Shown piece by piece: positions 1-10,455 of a stretch of 64,000 nt of DNA (positions within the stretch are counted from its first letter, which is position 1; each line of letters opens with the position of its first letter). The notes under the pieces are model-generated. The model had not been told where the DNA came from, did no database searches, and saw only the letters and a list, made by a program, of their open reading frames with translations. The position numbers and the translations under genes are program-made. Origin of the DNA: Armatimonadota bacterium (GTDB taxonomy: Bacteria; Sysuimicrobiota; Sysuimicrobiia; Sysuimicrobiales; Kaftiobacteriaceae); contig JBBIUY010000011.1 of NCBI GenBank assembly GCA_037440005.1, positions 1 through 64,000 on the forward strand. Reading direction: 5' to 3'.

Positions 1-57
1 GTGTTCAGGGCTCGGTTGGAGTCTCAAAGTGCAAACACCTAGTCCGCACTGGACAAT

Positions 58-1245
58 CTAGTGGACCCCCAGGACCACGACGGTGCCGATCTGCATCAGG
101 TCCCCCCACGCCTGCGCCACTCCCCGCTCGGGGTTGCCGGGCACTTGCCGGGCCCCCGCCTCCTGGCGCAGCTGCCAGAACAGTTCGCACACTTTCATCA
201 GCCCGGCGGCCGCGATGGGGTTGCCCACCCCCATCAGGCCCCCCGACGGGCAGGAGGGCAGGTCCCCGGTGCGGTCGAACCGGCCGGCCGCCAGGTCTTC
301 GGGCGCCTTGCCCCTGTCGGCCAGCAGCAACCCTTCCAGGTGGTGCAGTTCCTTGTAGGCGAACGGGTCGTAGGGCTCGGCGATGTGGATCTGCCGGCGC
401 GGCTCGGTGATCCCCGCCATCTCGTAGGCCATGCGGGCGGCGCGCTCCACGTACTGGGGGTAAGCGAGATCCCGGTTGCCCCAGTAGGACGTGTCCAGCG
501 ACCACCCCACGCCCTGCACCCACACCGGGCGGTCGGTCAGGCGGGGGGCCAGCTCCTCGGCGGCCAGGACCACCGCGGCGGCGCCGTCGCTGACCGGGCT
601 GACCATCAGGCGGTGGACCGGCCAGGCCACCACCTCGGAGGCCAGGACGTCGGCCACCGTCAGGTCGGCGGCCACCTGAGCGCAGGGGTGGGCCAGGGCG
701 TTGCGCTTGTTCTTGACCGAGACCAGGGCGATGTCCTCGTTGCGGATGCCGTAGGTGGCCATGTAGCGCTGCTGCTCCAGGGCGAAGATCCACAGCAGGT
801 TGGGACCCAGGGGGCGCTCGAGGATGTGGTCGAAGATCGTGAGAAACGCCGCCTGGGGGTGGGGCTGGCAGCTGCTCATCTTCTCCTCGGCCACCACCAG
901 GACCAGGTCAAACAGCCCCGAGGCCACCAGCGTCCAGCCGCTGATGATGCCGAAGACGCCGGACCCGCCGCCCACATAGGCCCGCAGGTACGGCCGCCTC
1001 ACTCCGCCGGCGCCGTCCAGCAGCCACTCCCCCTTCATGTGGACCCCGTCGAAGGCGTCCGGCGCGGTGGCCATGACCACCGCCTGCACGTCCCGCAGCC
1101 TCGCCCCCGCCGTCTGGAGGGCCTGGCTGGCGGCGTAGTAGGCCAGTTCCTTACCGGTCTCCAGGGCGCGGCGCATGAACAGGGTCATCCCCGCCCCCAC
1201 CACCGCCACCCGCCTCCGCGGCTTGCGCCTCAGGGTGCCGTCCAC
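58..1245 (-). CDS. Thiolase-fold protein (SCP-x/archaeal-type thiolase domain), lacking the nucleophilic Cys
   Basis: RVAVVGAGMT N-terminus, VSVKNKRNA, SPVSDGAAA, PSGGLMGVGNP motifs; AGGAGG RBS upstream of GTG. Confidence 0.85.
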   Translation of the reverse strand: MDGTLRRKPRRRVAVVGAGMTLFMRRALETGKELAYYAASQALQTAGARLRDVQAVVMATAPDAFDGVHMKGEWLLDGAGGVRRPYLRAYVGGGSGVFGIISGWTLVASGLFDLVLVVAEEKMSSCQPHPQAAFLTIFDHILERPLGPNLLWIFALEQQRYMATYGIRNEDIALVSVKNKRNALAHPCAQVAADLTVADVLASEVVAWPVHRLMVSPVSDGAAAVVLAAEELAPRLTDRPVWVQGVGWSLDTSYWGNRDLAYPQYVERAARMAYEMAGITEPRRQIHIAEPYDPFAYKELHHLEGLLLADRGKAPEDLAAGRFDRTGDLPSCPSGGLMGVGNPIAAAGLMKVCELFWQLRQEAGARQVPGNPERGVAQAWGDLMQIGTVVVLGVH

Positions 1246-1325
1246 GCCCGTCGCCTCCTGCGGATCGGTGTCACCGCCAGCCGGCCCCGCGGTTCCCCGT
1301 CGCCGTGCGTCAACGTCTCCTCCCC

Positions 1326-2474
1326 TCAGTCCGCGCCCAGGACCAGCGCCCCGCCGGTCTGGGTGGGCACCCCCCGCCAGGAGATCACCAGGCCGGTGGT
1401 GGCGCCGGCCACCTGGACGGGACCGGCCTCCCCGCGGATCTGGCGGACGGCTTCCACCACCCGGTACAGGGCGGAGGCATCAAAGCAGTGTCCCAGCCCC
1501 AGGCTGCCGCCCGACGGGTTGGTGGGCAGGCGCCCGTCCCGGCGGGTCTCGCCCTCCAGGGCCATCCGCCCCGCCTCTCCCGGTGCGGCGAGCCGGGCCG
1601 CCTCCAGGTGCTGTAGCTCCTTGTAGGCGTAGGTGTCGTCCACCTCGGCAAACCGGATCTCCCGCGCGGGGTCGGCCACCCCCGCCATCCGGTAGGCCAT
1701 CTCCGCGGCCAGGGCGGCGTAGGTCGCCGCCGCCCAGGAGCGGGTCCCCAGCCAGGGGGTGTCGGACGCCCACCCGATCCCGCGGATCCACACCGGCCGG
1801 GCGCACCGCTGTGCCGCCTCCGCCGACGCCAGGACCAGGACCACCGCGCCGTCGGCGGGCGGGCTGATGTGCAGCGCCCGCAGAGGCTCGCACACCGGGG
1901 AGGACGCCAGGACGGCCGACGGATCCAGCAGCGCCCCGTAGGGCGCGGCGGGATGGTCCAGGGCGTGACGGCGGTTCTTCACCACCACCATCGCCGCCGC
2001 CTCCTCGGGCGTGGCGGTCTCGTGCAGGTACCGGCGCATCTCCAGCCCCGCCACGTAGTGGGGGCTGTAGCCCAGGGGGCGCTCGTACACCGGGTCCAGG
2101 GCCATGGCCAGGACCTGTTCCGGCCGGCGGACGTTGCTGGCCTTGGCGTGCGCCTCCACCACCACCAGGTCGGCGATGCCGCTGCGGATCAGCGCCACCG
2201 CCGCGGCCACGCCCGCCAGGCCGTCGCCGGCCACGGTGTGGACCGGCCGCAGCACCGCGCCCAGCTGGTCGGGGACGTACTCGTCGGTGATGCTGGTGCC
2301 CTCGTGGAAGTCCTCGGCGACGCTGACGAAGCTGTGGACGTCCCCCGCGGCCACCCCGGCGTCGGCGTACGCCCGGGAGGCCGCCTCGAAGACCATCTCG
2401 CGGTAGGATCGGTCCACCGACACCGGGCGGGGCGGCGTGGCGCCCACGCCCACGATGGCCACGCGGTCGGTCAC
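1326..2474 (-). CDS. Thiolase-fold protein, partner of the adjacent gene, also Cys-less
   Basis: Start trimmed to GTG 2474 (MTDRVAIVGVG); VVVKNRRHA, SPPADGA, NPSGGSLGLGH motifs. Confidence 0.8.
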   Translation of the reverse strand: MTDRVAIVGVGATPPRPVSVDRSYREMVFEAASRAYADAGVAAGDVHSFVSVAEDFHEGTSITDEYVPDQLGAVLRPVHTVAGDGLAGVAAAVALIRSGIADLVVVEAHAKASNVRRPEQVLAMALDPVYERPLGYSPHYVAGLEMRRYLHETATPEEAAAMVVVKNRRHALDHPAAPYGALLDPSAVLASSPVCEPLRALHISPPADGAVVLVLASAEAAQRCARPVWIRGIGWASDTPWLGTRSWAAATYAALAAEMAYRMAGVADPAREIRFAEVDDTYAYKELQHLEAARLAAPGEAGRMALEGETRRDGRLPTNPSGGSLGLGHCFDASALYRVVEAVRQIRGEAGPVQVAGATTGLVISWRGVPTQTGGALVLGAD

Positions 2475-2616
2475 CGGCAGTCCTCCGGCACAGGGCCCTG
2501 GGAGGGGATTACCGGCGGCGGCGGGAGACTCCTGCCGGGGCGGGGACGGGAGGGACCGCCGGCGCAGGAACGCTCCCGCAGCGCGCGAAAGTACCGCAGT
2601 GGGCGCGTCACCGTCC

Positions 2617-3762
<1,146 letters not shown>

Positions 3763-3777
3763 GGAGGGAGGCCCGCC

Positions 3778-4554
3778 GTGCACATCGTCGTGTGCGTCAA
3801 GCAGGTGCCCGACACCGAAGCGCCCATCCGCATCCGGCCCGACGGCACCGGTATCGAGGAGTCGGGGCTGTCGTTCGTGATGAACTACTACGACGAGCAC
3901 GCCACCGAGGCCGGCCTGCGCCTGCGGGAGCAGTTCGGGGGCACCGTCACCCTCGTGAGCGTGGGACCCGAGCGGGCCCGGGAGGCGCTGCGGACGGGGC
4001 TGGCCATGGGCGCCGACGAGGCCATCCTGGTCACCGACCCGCAGCTGGACCGGGCCGACCCGGTGGGGGTGGCGCGGGTGCTCGCGGCGGTGATCCGCAC
4101 CCTGCCCTACGACGTGGTGCTGTGCGGCAAGATCAGCACCGACGACAACGCTGGCATCGTGGGCCCCGCCCTGGCCGAGTACCTGGGCGTCCCCCAGGCG
4201 ACGGCCGTCGCCCGCCTGGAGGTGGACGCCGCCGGGTCCCGGGCGCTGGTCCACCGGGAGGTGGAGGGGGGCGTGGAGGTCCTCAGCGTCCCGCTGCCGG
4301 CGGTGCTGACGGTGGAGCGCAGCCTCAACGAGCCCCGCTATCCCTCCCTGCCCGGCATCATGAAGGCCAAGCGGACGCCGATCCGGACCCTCACCCTGGC
4401 GGAGGTGGGCCTGGCCGCGCCCGCCCCCCGGGCGGTCCTGGCCCGCCTGGAATCCCCGCCGGCGCGGCGGGCGGGGCGGATCGTCCAGGGCGACGCCGAC
4501 GACGCGGTCCGGGAGATCGTGCGGTTTTTGCGGGAGCAGGCGCGGGTTCTGTGA
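3778..4554 (+). CDS. etfB: Electron transfer flavoprotein beta subunit
   Basis: IVVCVKQVPD, LAMGADEA, NEPRYPSLPGIMKAK. Confidence 0.95.
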   Translation: MHIVVCVKQVPDTEAPIRIRPDGTGIEESGLSFVMNYYDEHATEAGLRLREQFGGTVTLVSVGPERAREALRTGLAMGADEAILVTDPQLDRADPVGVARVLAAVIRTLPYDVVLCGKISTDDNAGIVGPALAEYLGVPQATAVARLEVDAAGSRALVHREVEGGVEVLSVPLPAVLTVERSLNEPRYPSLPGIMKAKRTPIRTLTLAEVGLAAPAPRAVLARLESPPARRAGRIVQGDADDAVREIVRFLREQARVL

Positions 4555-4563
4555 GGGAGACCC

Positions 4564-5553
4564 ATGGGCGCGGACGTGTGGGTGCTGGTCGAACACAGCC
4601 AGGGCAGTCCCAAGCGCATCAGCCTGGAACTGCTCACCTGCGGCCGGGACCTGGCCCGGGCGACGGGAGGGCGCCTGGTCGCAGTGGTGCCGGGGGCGGG
4701 GGTGCAGCCGGTGGCCCGAGCGGTGGCCTCCCGGGGAGCCGACGTGGTCTACGCCGCCGACCACCCCCTGCTGGAGCCCTACACCACCGACGGCTACACC
4801 ACGGTCCTGGCGGACGCGGTGCGGGAGGAGGAGCCGGCCGTCCTGCTGGTAGGCAGCACGGCTCAGGGACGGGACCTGGCGCCCCGGCTGGCCGCCCGCC
4901 TGGAGGCGGGGATCGTCACCGACTGCACCTCGGTGGCGGTGCAGGACGGCGCCCTGGTGGCCACCCGCCCCATGTACACCCGCAAGGCCATCGCCACCGT
5001 CCGGGTGGACGGCGGCGGGCTCCGGATCGCGGTGGTCCTGCCGGCCATGTACCCGGTGGCGCCGCCGGCCGAGCGCGCCGCCGAGGTGCGGCCGTGGCCG
5101 GTGCGCCTGGAGGCCGCGGCCATCCGGACGCAGGTCCAGGAGATCCGGGCCCTCAGCCGGGACACGGTGCCGCTGGTGGAGGCCGACGTGGTCGTCAGCG
5201 GGGGCCGGGGCCTGCGGGGCCCGGAGAACTTCGCCCTGCTGGACGAGCTGGCCCGCGCCCTGGGAGGTGCCGTGGGATCCTCCCGGCCTCCGGTGGACTC
5301 CGGGTGGGTGCCCCACGACTACGAGATCGGACAGACGGGCAAGACCGTCAGCCCCCAGGTGTACATCGCCTGCGGGATCTCGGGCGCCCCCCAGCATCTG
5401 GCGGGGATGTCCGGGTCCAAGTACATCATCGCCATCAACAAGGATCCCAACGCGCCCATCTTCCAGGTGGCCGACCTGGGGGTGGTGGGCGACCTGTTTG
5501 AGATCGTGCCCAAACTCAGCCAGGCGGTCCGGGCCGCCAAGGCGTCGCCGTGA
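4564..5553 (+). CDS. etfA: Electron transfer flavoprotein alpha subunit
   Basis: [36 protein letters not shown]. Confidence 0.95.
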   Translation: MGADVWVLVEHSQGSPKRISLELLTCGRDLARATGGRLVAVVPGAGVQPVARAVASRGADVVYAADHPLLEPYTTDGYTTVLADAVREEEPAVLLVGSTAQGRDLAPRLAARLEAGIVTDCTSVAVQDGALVATRPMYTRKAIATVRVDGGGLRIAVVLPAMYPVAPPAERAAEVRPWPVRLEAAAIRTQVQEIRALSRDTVPLVEADVVVSGGRGLRGPENFALLDELARALGGAVGSSRPPVDSGWVPHDYEIGQTGKTVSPQVYIACGISGAPQHLAGMSGSKYIIAINKDPNAPIFQVADLGVVGDLFEIVPKLSQAVRAAKASP

Positions 5554-5592
5554 CGGCAGCGGCCGGGCCTGGGGCACAGCCATGAGGCGGGG

Positions 5593-7281
5593 GTGGTGGG
5601 TGTGGTGACGTCGGAGGAGGTCGCCCGGCTGGCCCGGGAGCGCCGGCGGTGGGAGGAGACGACCCTGGCCGAGTCCCTGGCGCGGCAGCCGGAGCGGCCG
5701 GCGCGCTTTGCGACCCTGTCGGAGGCCGAGGTGGCGCGCCTGTACACGCCCGAGGACCTGCCGGGGTTTGACTACCTGCGCGACCTGGGCTTTCCGGGCG
5801 AGTACCCGTTCACCCGCGGCATCCACCCCACCATGTACCGGGGGCGGCTGTGGACCATGCGCCAGTTTGCCGGGTTCGGTTCGGCCGAGGACAGCAACCG
5901 GCGTTTCCACTACCTGCTGGCCCAGGGGCAGACCGGCCTGTCGGTGGCGTTCGACATGCCCACCCTGATGGGGTACGACTCGGACCACCCCCGGGCCCGG
6001 GGCGAGGTGGGCCGGGAGGGGGTGGCGGTGGACAGCCTGCTGGACATGGAGATCCTCCTGCGGGGCCTGCCCCTGGACCGGGTGACCACCTCCATGACCA
6101 TCAACGCGCCCGCCAACGTGCTGCTGGCCATGTACATCGTGGCGGCGGAGCGGGCGGGGTTCCGGTGGGACCAGCTGGGCGGGACGACCCAGACCGACAT
6201 GCTCAAGGAGTTCATCGCCCAGAAGGAGTGGATCGTCCCCCCCCGGCCGTCCATGCGGTTGATCCAGGACATGCTGGTCTTCGGCACCCGCCACCTGCCC
6301 CGGTGGAACGTGCTGAGCATCAGCGGGTACCACATCCGGGAGGCGGGCGCCACCGCCGTCCAGGAGCTGGCGTTCACCCTGGCCGACGGCATCGCCTACG
6401 TCCAGGCGGGCATCGAGGCGGGGCTGGACGTGGACGACTTCGCCCCGCGGCTGTCGTTCTTCTTCGACTGCCACAGCGACTTCTTCGAGGAGATCGCCAA
6501 GTTCCGGGCGGCCCGGCGGATGTGGGCGCGGATCATGCGGGAGCGCTTCCGGGCCCGCCACCCCCGCTCCTGGTGGCTGCGCTTCCACACCCAGACCGCC
6601 GGCGTGTCCCTGACGGCCCAGCAGCCCCTGAACAACATCGTCCGGGTGGCCCTGCAGGCCCTGGCGGCGGTCCTGGGCGGCACCCAGTCCCTGCACACCA
6701 ACTCCATGGACGAGACCTACGCCCTGCCCACCGAGGAGGCGGTGACGGTGGCCCTGCGCACCCAGCAGATCATCGCCTACGAGAGCGGGGTCACCCACAC
6801 GGTGGACCCGCTGGGCGGGTCCTACTACGTGGAGGCCCTCACCAACCGCATGGAGGACGAAGCCGAGGCGTACATCCGCAAGATCGACGAACTGGGCGGG
6901 ATGGTGCGGGCGGTGGAGCTGGGCTTCCCCCAGCGGGAGATCGCCGAGGCCAGCTACCGTTACCAGCAGCAGCTGGAGCGCAAGGAGAGGATCATCGTCG
7001 GCGTCAACGAGTTCGTCGTGCCCGAGGAGCGCCCCATCCCCATCCTGCGCATCGATCCGGAGGTGGAGCGCCGGCAGATCGAGCGCCTCCGCCGGGTCCG
7101 GGCCGAGCGGGACGAGCGGCGGGCCCGGGCGGCCCTGGACGCCCTGGCCCGGGCGGCGGAGGGGACCGGCAACACCATGGAGGCGGTGGTGGAGTGCGTC
7201 CGGGCCCTGTGCACCCTGGGGGAGATCTGCGACGTCTTCCGGGCGGTGTACGGAGAGTACAGGGAGCCGGCCATCATCTAG
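5593..7281 (+). CDS. icmA: B12-dependent acyl-CoA mutase large subunit, isobutyryl-CoA mutase-like (start may be a few codons later)
   Basis: [39 protein letters not shown]; Phe/Gln specificity residues (RQF, IAQKEW). Confidence 0.8.
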   Translation: MVGVVTSEEVARLARERRRWEETTLAESLARQPERPARFATLSEAEVARLYTPEDLPGFDYLRDLGFPGEYPFTRGIHPTMYRGRLWTMRQFAGFGSAEDSNRRFHYLLAQGQTGLSVAFDMPTLMGYDSDHPRARGEVGREGVAVDSLLDMEILLRGLPLDRVTTSMTINAPANVLLAMYIVAAERAGFRWDQLGGTTQTDMLKEFIAQKEWIVPPRPSMRLIQDMLVFGTRHLPRWNVLSISGYHIREAGATAVQELAFTLADGIAYVQAGIEAGLDVDDFAPRLSFFFDCHSDFFEEIAKFRAARRMWARIMRERFRARHPRSWWLRFHTQTAGVSLTAQQPLNNIVRVALQALAAVLGGTQSLHTNSMDETYALPTEEAVTVALRTQQIIAYESGVTHTVDPLGGSYYVEALTNRMEDEAEAYIRKIDELGGMVRAVELGFPQREIAEASYRYQQQLERKERIIVGVNEFVVPEERPIPILRIDPEVERRQIERLRRVRAERDERRARAALDALARAAEGTGNTMEAVVECVRALCTLGEICDVFRAVYGEYREPAII

Positions 7282-7295
7282 GGGGGCGACCGGCC

Positions 7296-7342
7296 GATCC
7301 CTGATCTTTGATCTGATCCCTGATCTCTGATCCCTGATCCCG
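7296..7342. repeat. Tandem array of 7 GATC-containing units (consensus GATCCCT)
   Basis: GATCCCT GATCTTT GATCT GATCCCT GATCTCT GATCCCT GATCCCG read directly. Confidence 0.9.
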
Positions 7343-7361
7343 TAGTAAGATAGGGTATGCC

Positions 7362-7775
7362 ATGGCTGCGTCCGCCGTGAGGATCCTCATCGCCAAGCCG
7401 GGGCTGGACGGGCACGACCGCGGGGCGAAGGTGGTCGCCCGGGCGCTGCGCGACGCGGGCTACGAGGTGATCTACACCGGGCTGCACCAGACCCCGGAGA
7501 TGATCGTCAACGCCGCGATCCAGGAGGACGTGGACGCCATCGGCCTGTCCATCCTGTCCGGCGCCCACATGACCCTGCTGCCCCGGGTGGTGGAGCTGCT
7601 GCGGGAACGGGGAGCCGACGACATCGTGGTCTTCGCCGGGGGCATCATTCCCGAGGAGGACATCCCCGCGCTGCGGGCGGCGGGCATCCGCGAGGTCTTC
7701 CTGCCGGGAACGCCGCTGCAGTCCATCGTCCAGTGGGTGGCGACCCACGTCCGGCCCCGCGGCGTGGCCGCCTGA
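7362..7775 (+). CDS. icmB: Cobalamin-binding small subunit of acyl-CoA mutase
   Basis: [10 protein letters not shown] (DxHxxG), [14 protein letters not shown]. Confidence 0.85.
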   Translation: MAASAVRILIAKPGLDGHDRGAKVVARALRDAGYEVIYTGLHQTPEMIVNAAIQEDVDAIGLSILSGAHMTLLPRVVELLRERGADDIVVFAGGIIPEEDIPALRAAGIREVFLPGTPLQSIVQWVATHVRPRGVAA

Positions 7776-7778
7776 CCG

Positions 7779-8612
7779 GTGCGCACGGGTCCCCTGCAGG
7801 CCGGCGAGCCGGTCCTGCTCATCGACCGCAAGGCGCGCCGGTACCTGATCACCCTGCGGGAAGGCGCCACGTCCGACCTGCGGGGGGGCAAGCTGGCCCA
7901 CGACCACCTCATCGGCACATCCGAGGGCCGCGTGGTGCGCACCACCCGGGGCGAGCCGTTCCTGCTGGTCCGTCCCACCCTGGCCGAGTTCGTCCTGGAG
8001 ATGCCCCGGGGCGCCCAGATCATCTACCCCAAGGACCTCAGCGCCATCCTGCTGGCGGCCGACGTCTACCCCGGGGCGGCGGTCCTGGAGGCCGGCACCG
8101 GATCCGGCGCCCTGACCATGACCCTGTTGCGGGCGGTGGGGCCGGCGGGACGGGTGTATTCCTACGAGGTGCGCCCCGAGTTCGCCCGCCGGGCCTCCCA
8201 GAACATCGCCGCGTACCTGGGTCCCCAGGAGCACCTGGTGCTCCGCCAGCACGACGTGTACGCGGGCATCCCCGACGCGCCGCTGGACCGGATCATCCTG
8301 GACGTGCCCGAGCCCTGGCGGGTGGTGCCGCACGCCGCGCTCGCCCTGCGGCCGGGGGGCGTCCTGCTCTCCTACGTCCCCACGGTCCCCCAGGCGGCGC
8401 AGATGGTGGAGGAGCTGCGCCGGTCGGGCCAGTTTGCCCTGATCGAGACCTTCGAAACCCTGGTGCGCTCCTGGGAGATCGCGGGGCCCAGCGTCCGCCC
8501 CGCCCACCGCATGGTGGCCCACACGGCGTTCATCACCACAGCCCGCCGCGTGCTGGAGCCCGTGCCCTGGTCGGCCCGGCCGTCGGGGCGGGACGAAGGC
8601 CCCGCCGCGTAG
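7779..8612 (+). CDS. trmI: tRNA (adenine58-N1)-methyltransferase
   Basis: MPRGAQIIYPKD, VLEAGTGSGALT, LDVPEPW, RPAHRMVAHTAF. Confidence 0.92.
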   Translation: MRTGPLQAGEPVLLIDRKARRYLITLREGATSDLRGGKLAHDHLIGTSEGRVVRTTRGEPFLLVRPTLAEFVLEMPRGAQIIYPKDLSAILLAADVYPGAAVLEAGTGSGALTMTLLRAVGPAGRVYSYEVRPEFARRASQNIAAYLGPQEHLVLRQHDVYAGIPDAPLDRIILDVPEPWRVVPHAALALRPGGVLLSYVPTVPQAAQMVEELRRSGQFALIETFETLVRSWEIAGPSVRPAHRMVAHTAFITTARRVLEPVPWSARPSGRDEGPAA

Positions 8613-8667
8613 ACCGCCACCGCCTCCGCGATCCTTCCCGGCGTGCCGGCGCCGGTGGCCTCTGGAC

Positions 8668-10452
8668 CTAGCGCAGGGGCCAGGCCAGGGGGATGACCGC
8701 CAGACTCACCGCCACAAGCACCGCGGCGAGGGGGAGGCCGACCCGCAGGTAGTCGCCCATGCGGTAGCCGCCGGGGCCCATGACCATCAGGTTGACGGGG
8801 TTGCCCAGAGGGGTGAAGGTGGTGCCCGTGCCGGCGATGACGGCCATGACCAGGGCGTGGGGGGACACCGCCAGGGTCGCGGCCACCTGCAGCGCCACCG
8901 GCACCAGCACCGCGGTGGCCGCGACGCTGGGCATGAGCTGGTTGAGCACCACCGACGCCACCAGCACCGCCGCCAGCACCGGCAGCGGCCCGTCCCGGGC
9001 CACCCGCAGCGCCCCCTCGGCCACAGCCCGGGCCGCCCCCGTGGTCTGCAGCGCCGCGCCCAGAGGCAGGAGCGCTCCGGTGAACACCACCACCCGCCAG
9101 TCCACCACCTGGAGGAGGTCGTCGGCGGGCAGGCATCCGCTGACGACGATAACGGCGGCCGCCAGCCAGGTGGCCACCACGATGGGCAGGCCCGCGGTGG
9201 CCGCCACCGCCAGCACCCCCAGGGCCGCCAGGGCCCACGGCGCCCGCTCCGGGCGGACGTCCGCCGCCTGAGGACCCAAGACCACGAAGTTGGGATCCCT
9301 GCGCAGCAGGGCCAGCCGGTCCCGCCGGCCCTGAACCAGCAGCGCGTCGCCCACCCGGATGGGCACGTCGGCCAAGCCGCTGCGGCGGGGGCGCCCCTGC
9401 TGCCAGACCGCCACCACCGTCAGGCCGTACCGCTCCCGGAAGCCGATCTCGCGCACCGTCCGCCCGTCCAGGGCGGACCGGGGCGCCAGGACGACCTCGG
9501 CCAGCTGCGCGTCCCCGCCGTCCAGCGCGCCCGGATCCAGATCTCCCACGACCTCCAGCCCCGCCGCCTCCAGCGCGCCCGACCGGGCCGGATCGTGCAG
9601 CGGGCCCGCCACCACCAGGGTGTCGCCGGCCTCCAGCCGCTCGTCCCGGGAGGGCGCCACCACCCGTCGGCCGCGGCGGGTGATGGCCAGGACCGTCACC
9701 CCCAGGACGCGTCCCAGGTCGCTGTCGGCCAGGGTCCGCCCGGCCAGAGGAGAGCCGGGGCCCACCCGCACGGCATGCAGCCGCTCCTGCAGCCTGTAGA
9801 CGTCCGCCAGACGGGCGTCCTCGGGCAGCGCAATTGGGCCGCGGTCCGGCAGCCAGCGCCGCCCCACCACTCCCAGAAAGGCCACCCCGGCGACCAGAAA
9901 CGCCGCCCCCAGCGGCAGGAACTCGAACAGCCCCAGGGGGCGGTGGCCGCTGTCGGCGAGCAGCTGGCTGGCCAGGAGGTTGCTGGGGCCGGAGACGAGG
10001 GTGAGGTTGCCTCCCAGCCGGGTACCCAGGGCGAGAGGCAAAAGGAGCCTGGAGGGGCTGGTGCCGGCCTGCCGGGCCGCCGCCAGGGCGACGGGCAGCA
10101 GGACGGCCATGGCGCCGATGCTGTTCATCACCCCGGACAGCAGGCCGGCCGCCCCGCAGAACAGCAGGATCAGGCGGACCTCCTGCCGTCCGGCCGCCCG
10201 CAGGATCCACCGGCCCAGGGCCGAGGCCACCCCGGTCCTCTCCAGCCCGGCGCTGACGACGAAGACCGCCGCGATCGCCGCCAGGGCCGGCGACCCGAAT
10301 CCCGCCACCGCCGCCCGGACATCCAGCGTGCCGCTGAGGACCAGGACCAGAGTGGCGGCCAGGGCCACGACCTCCGGAGGCCAGCGACCCCAGGTCAGGA
10401 CCGCCGCGACCGCGGCCAGAACCGCCAGGGTCAGGGCCGCCGGACCGGACAC
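8668..10452 (-). CDS. SLC13/CitM-like permease with two TrkA-C domains
   Basis: Hydrophobic N- and C-terminal halves, GGNLTLVSGPSNL, NLMVMGPGGYR, two internal RCK-C repeats. Confidence 0.85.
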   Translation of the reverse strand: MSGPAALTLAVLAAVAAVLTWGRWPPEVVALAATLVLVLSGTLDVRAAVAGFGSPALAAIAAVFVVSAGLERTGVASALGRWILRAAGRQEVRLILLFCGAAGLLSGVMNSIGAMAVLLPVALAAARQAGTSPSRLLLPLALGTRLGGNLTLVSGPSNLLASQLLADSGHRPLGLFEFLPLGAAFLVAGVAFLGVVGRRWLPDRGPIALPEDARLADVYRLQERLHAVRVGPGSPLAGRTLADSDLGRVLGVTVLAITRRGRRVVAPSRDERLEAGDTLVVAGPLHDPARSGALEAAGLEVVGDLDPGALDGGDAQLAEVVLAPRSALDGRTVREIGFRERYGLTVVAVWQQGRPRRSGLADVPIRVGDALLVQGRRDRLALLRRDPNFVVLGPQAADVRPERAPWALAALGVLAVAATAGLPIVVATWLAAAVIVVSGCLPADDLLQVVDWRVVVFTGALLPLGAALQTTGAARAVAEGALRVARDGPLPVLAAVLVASVVLNQLMPSVAATAVLVPVALQVAATLAVSPHALVMAVIAGTGTTFTPLGNPVNLMVMGPGGYRMGDYLRVGLPLAAVLVAVSLAVIPLAWPLR

Positions 10453-10455
10453 GGC

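Noticed and set aside
7296..7342. CRISPR array or oriC-like GATC cluster
   Set aside because: Units are 5-7 nt with no spacers; no cas genes or DnaA boxes seen, and the dif site suggests this region is near the terminus.
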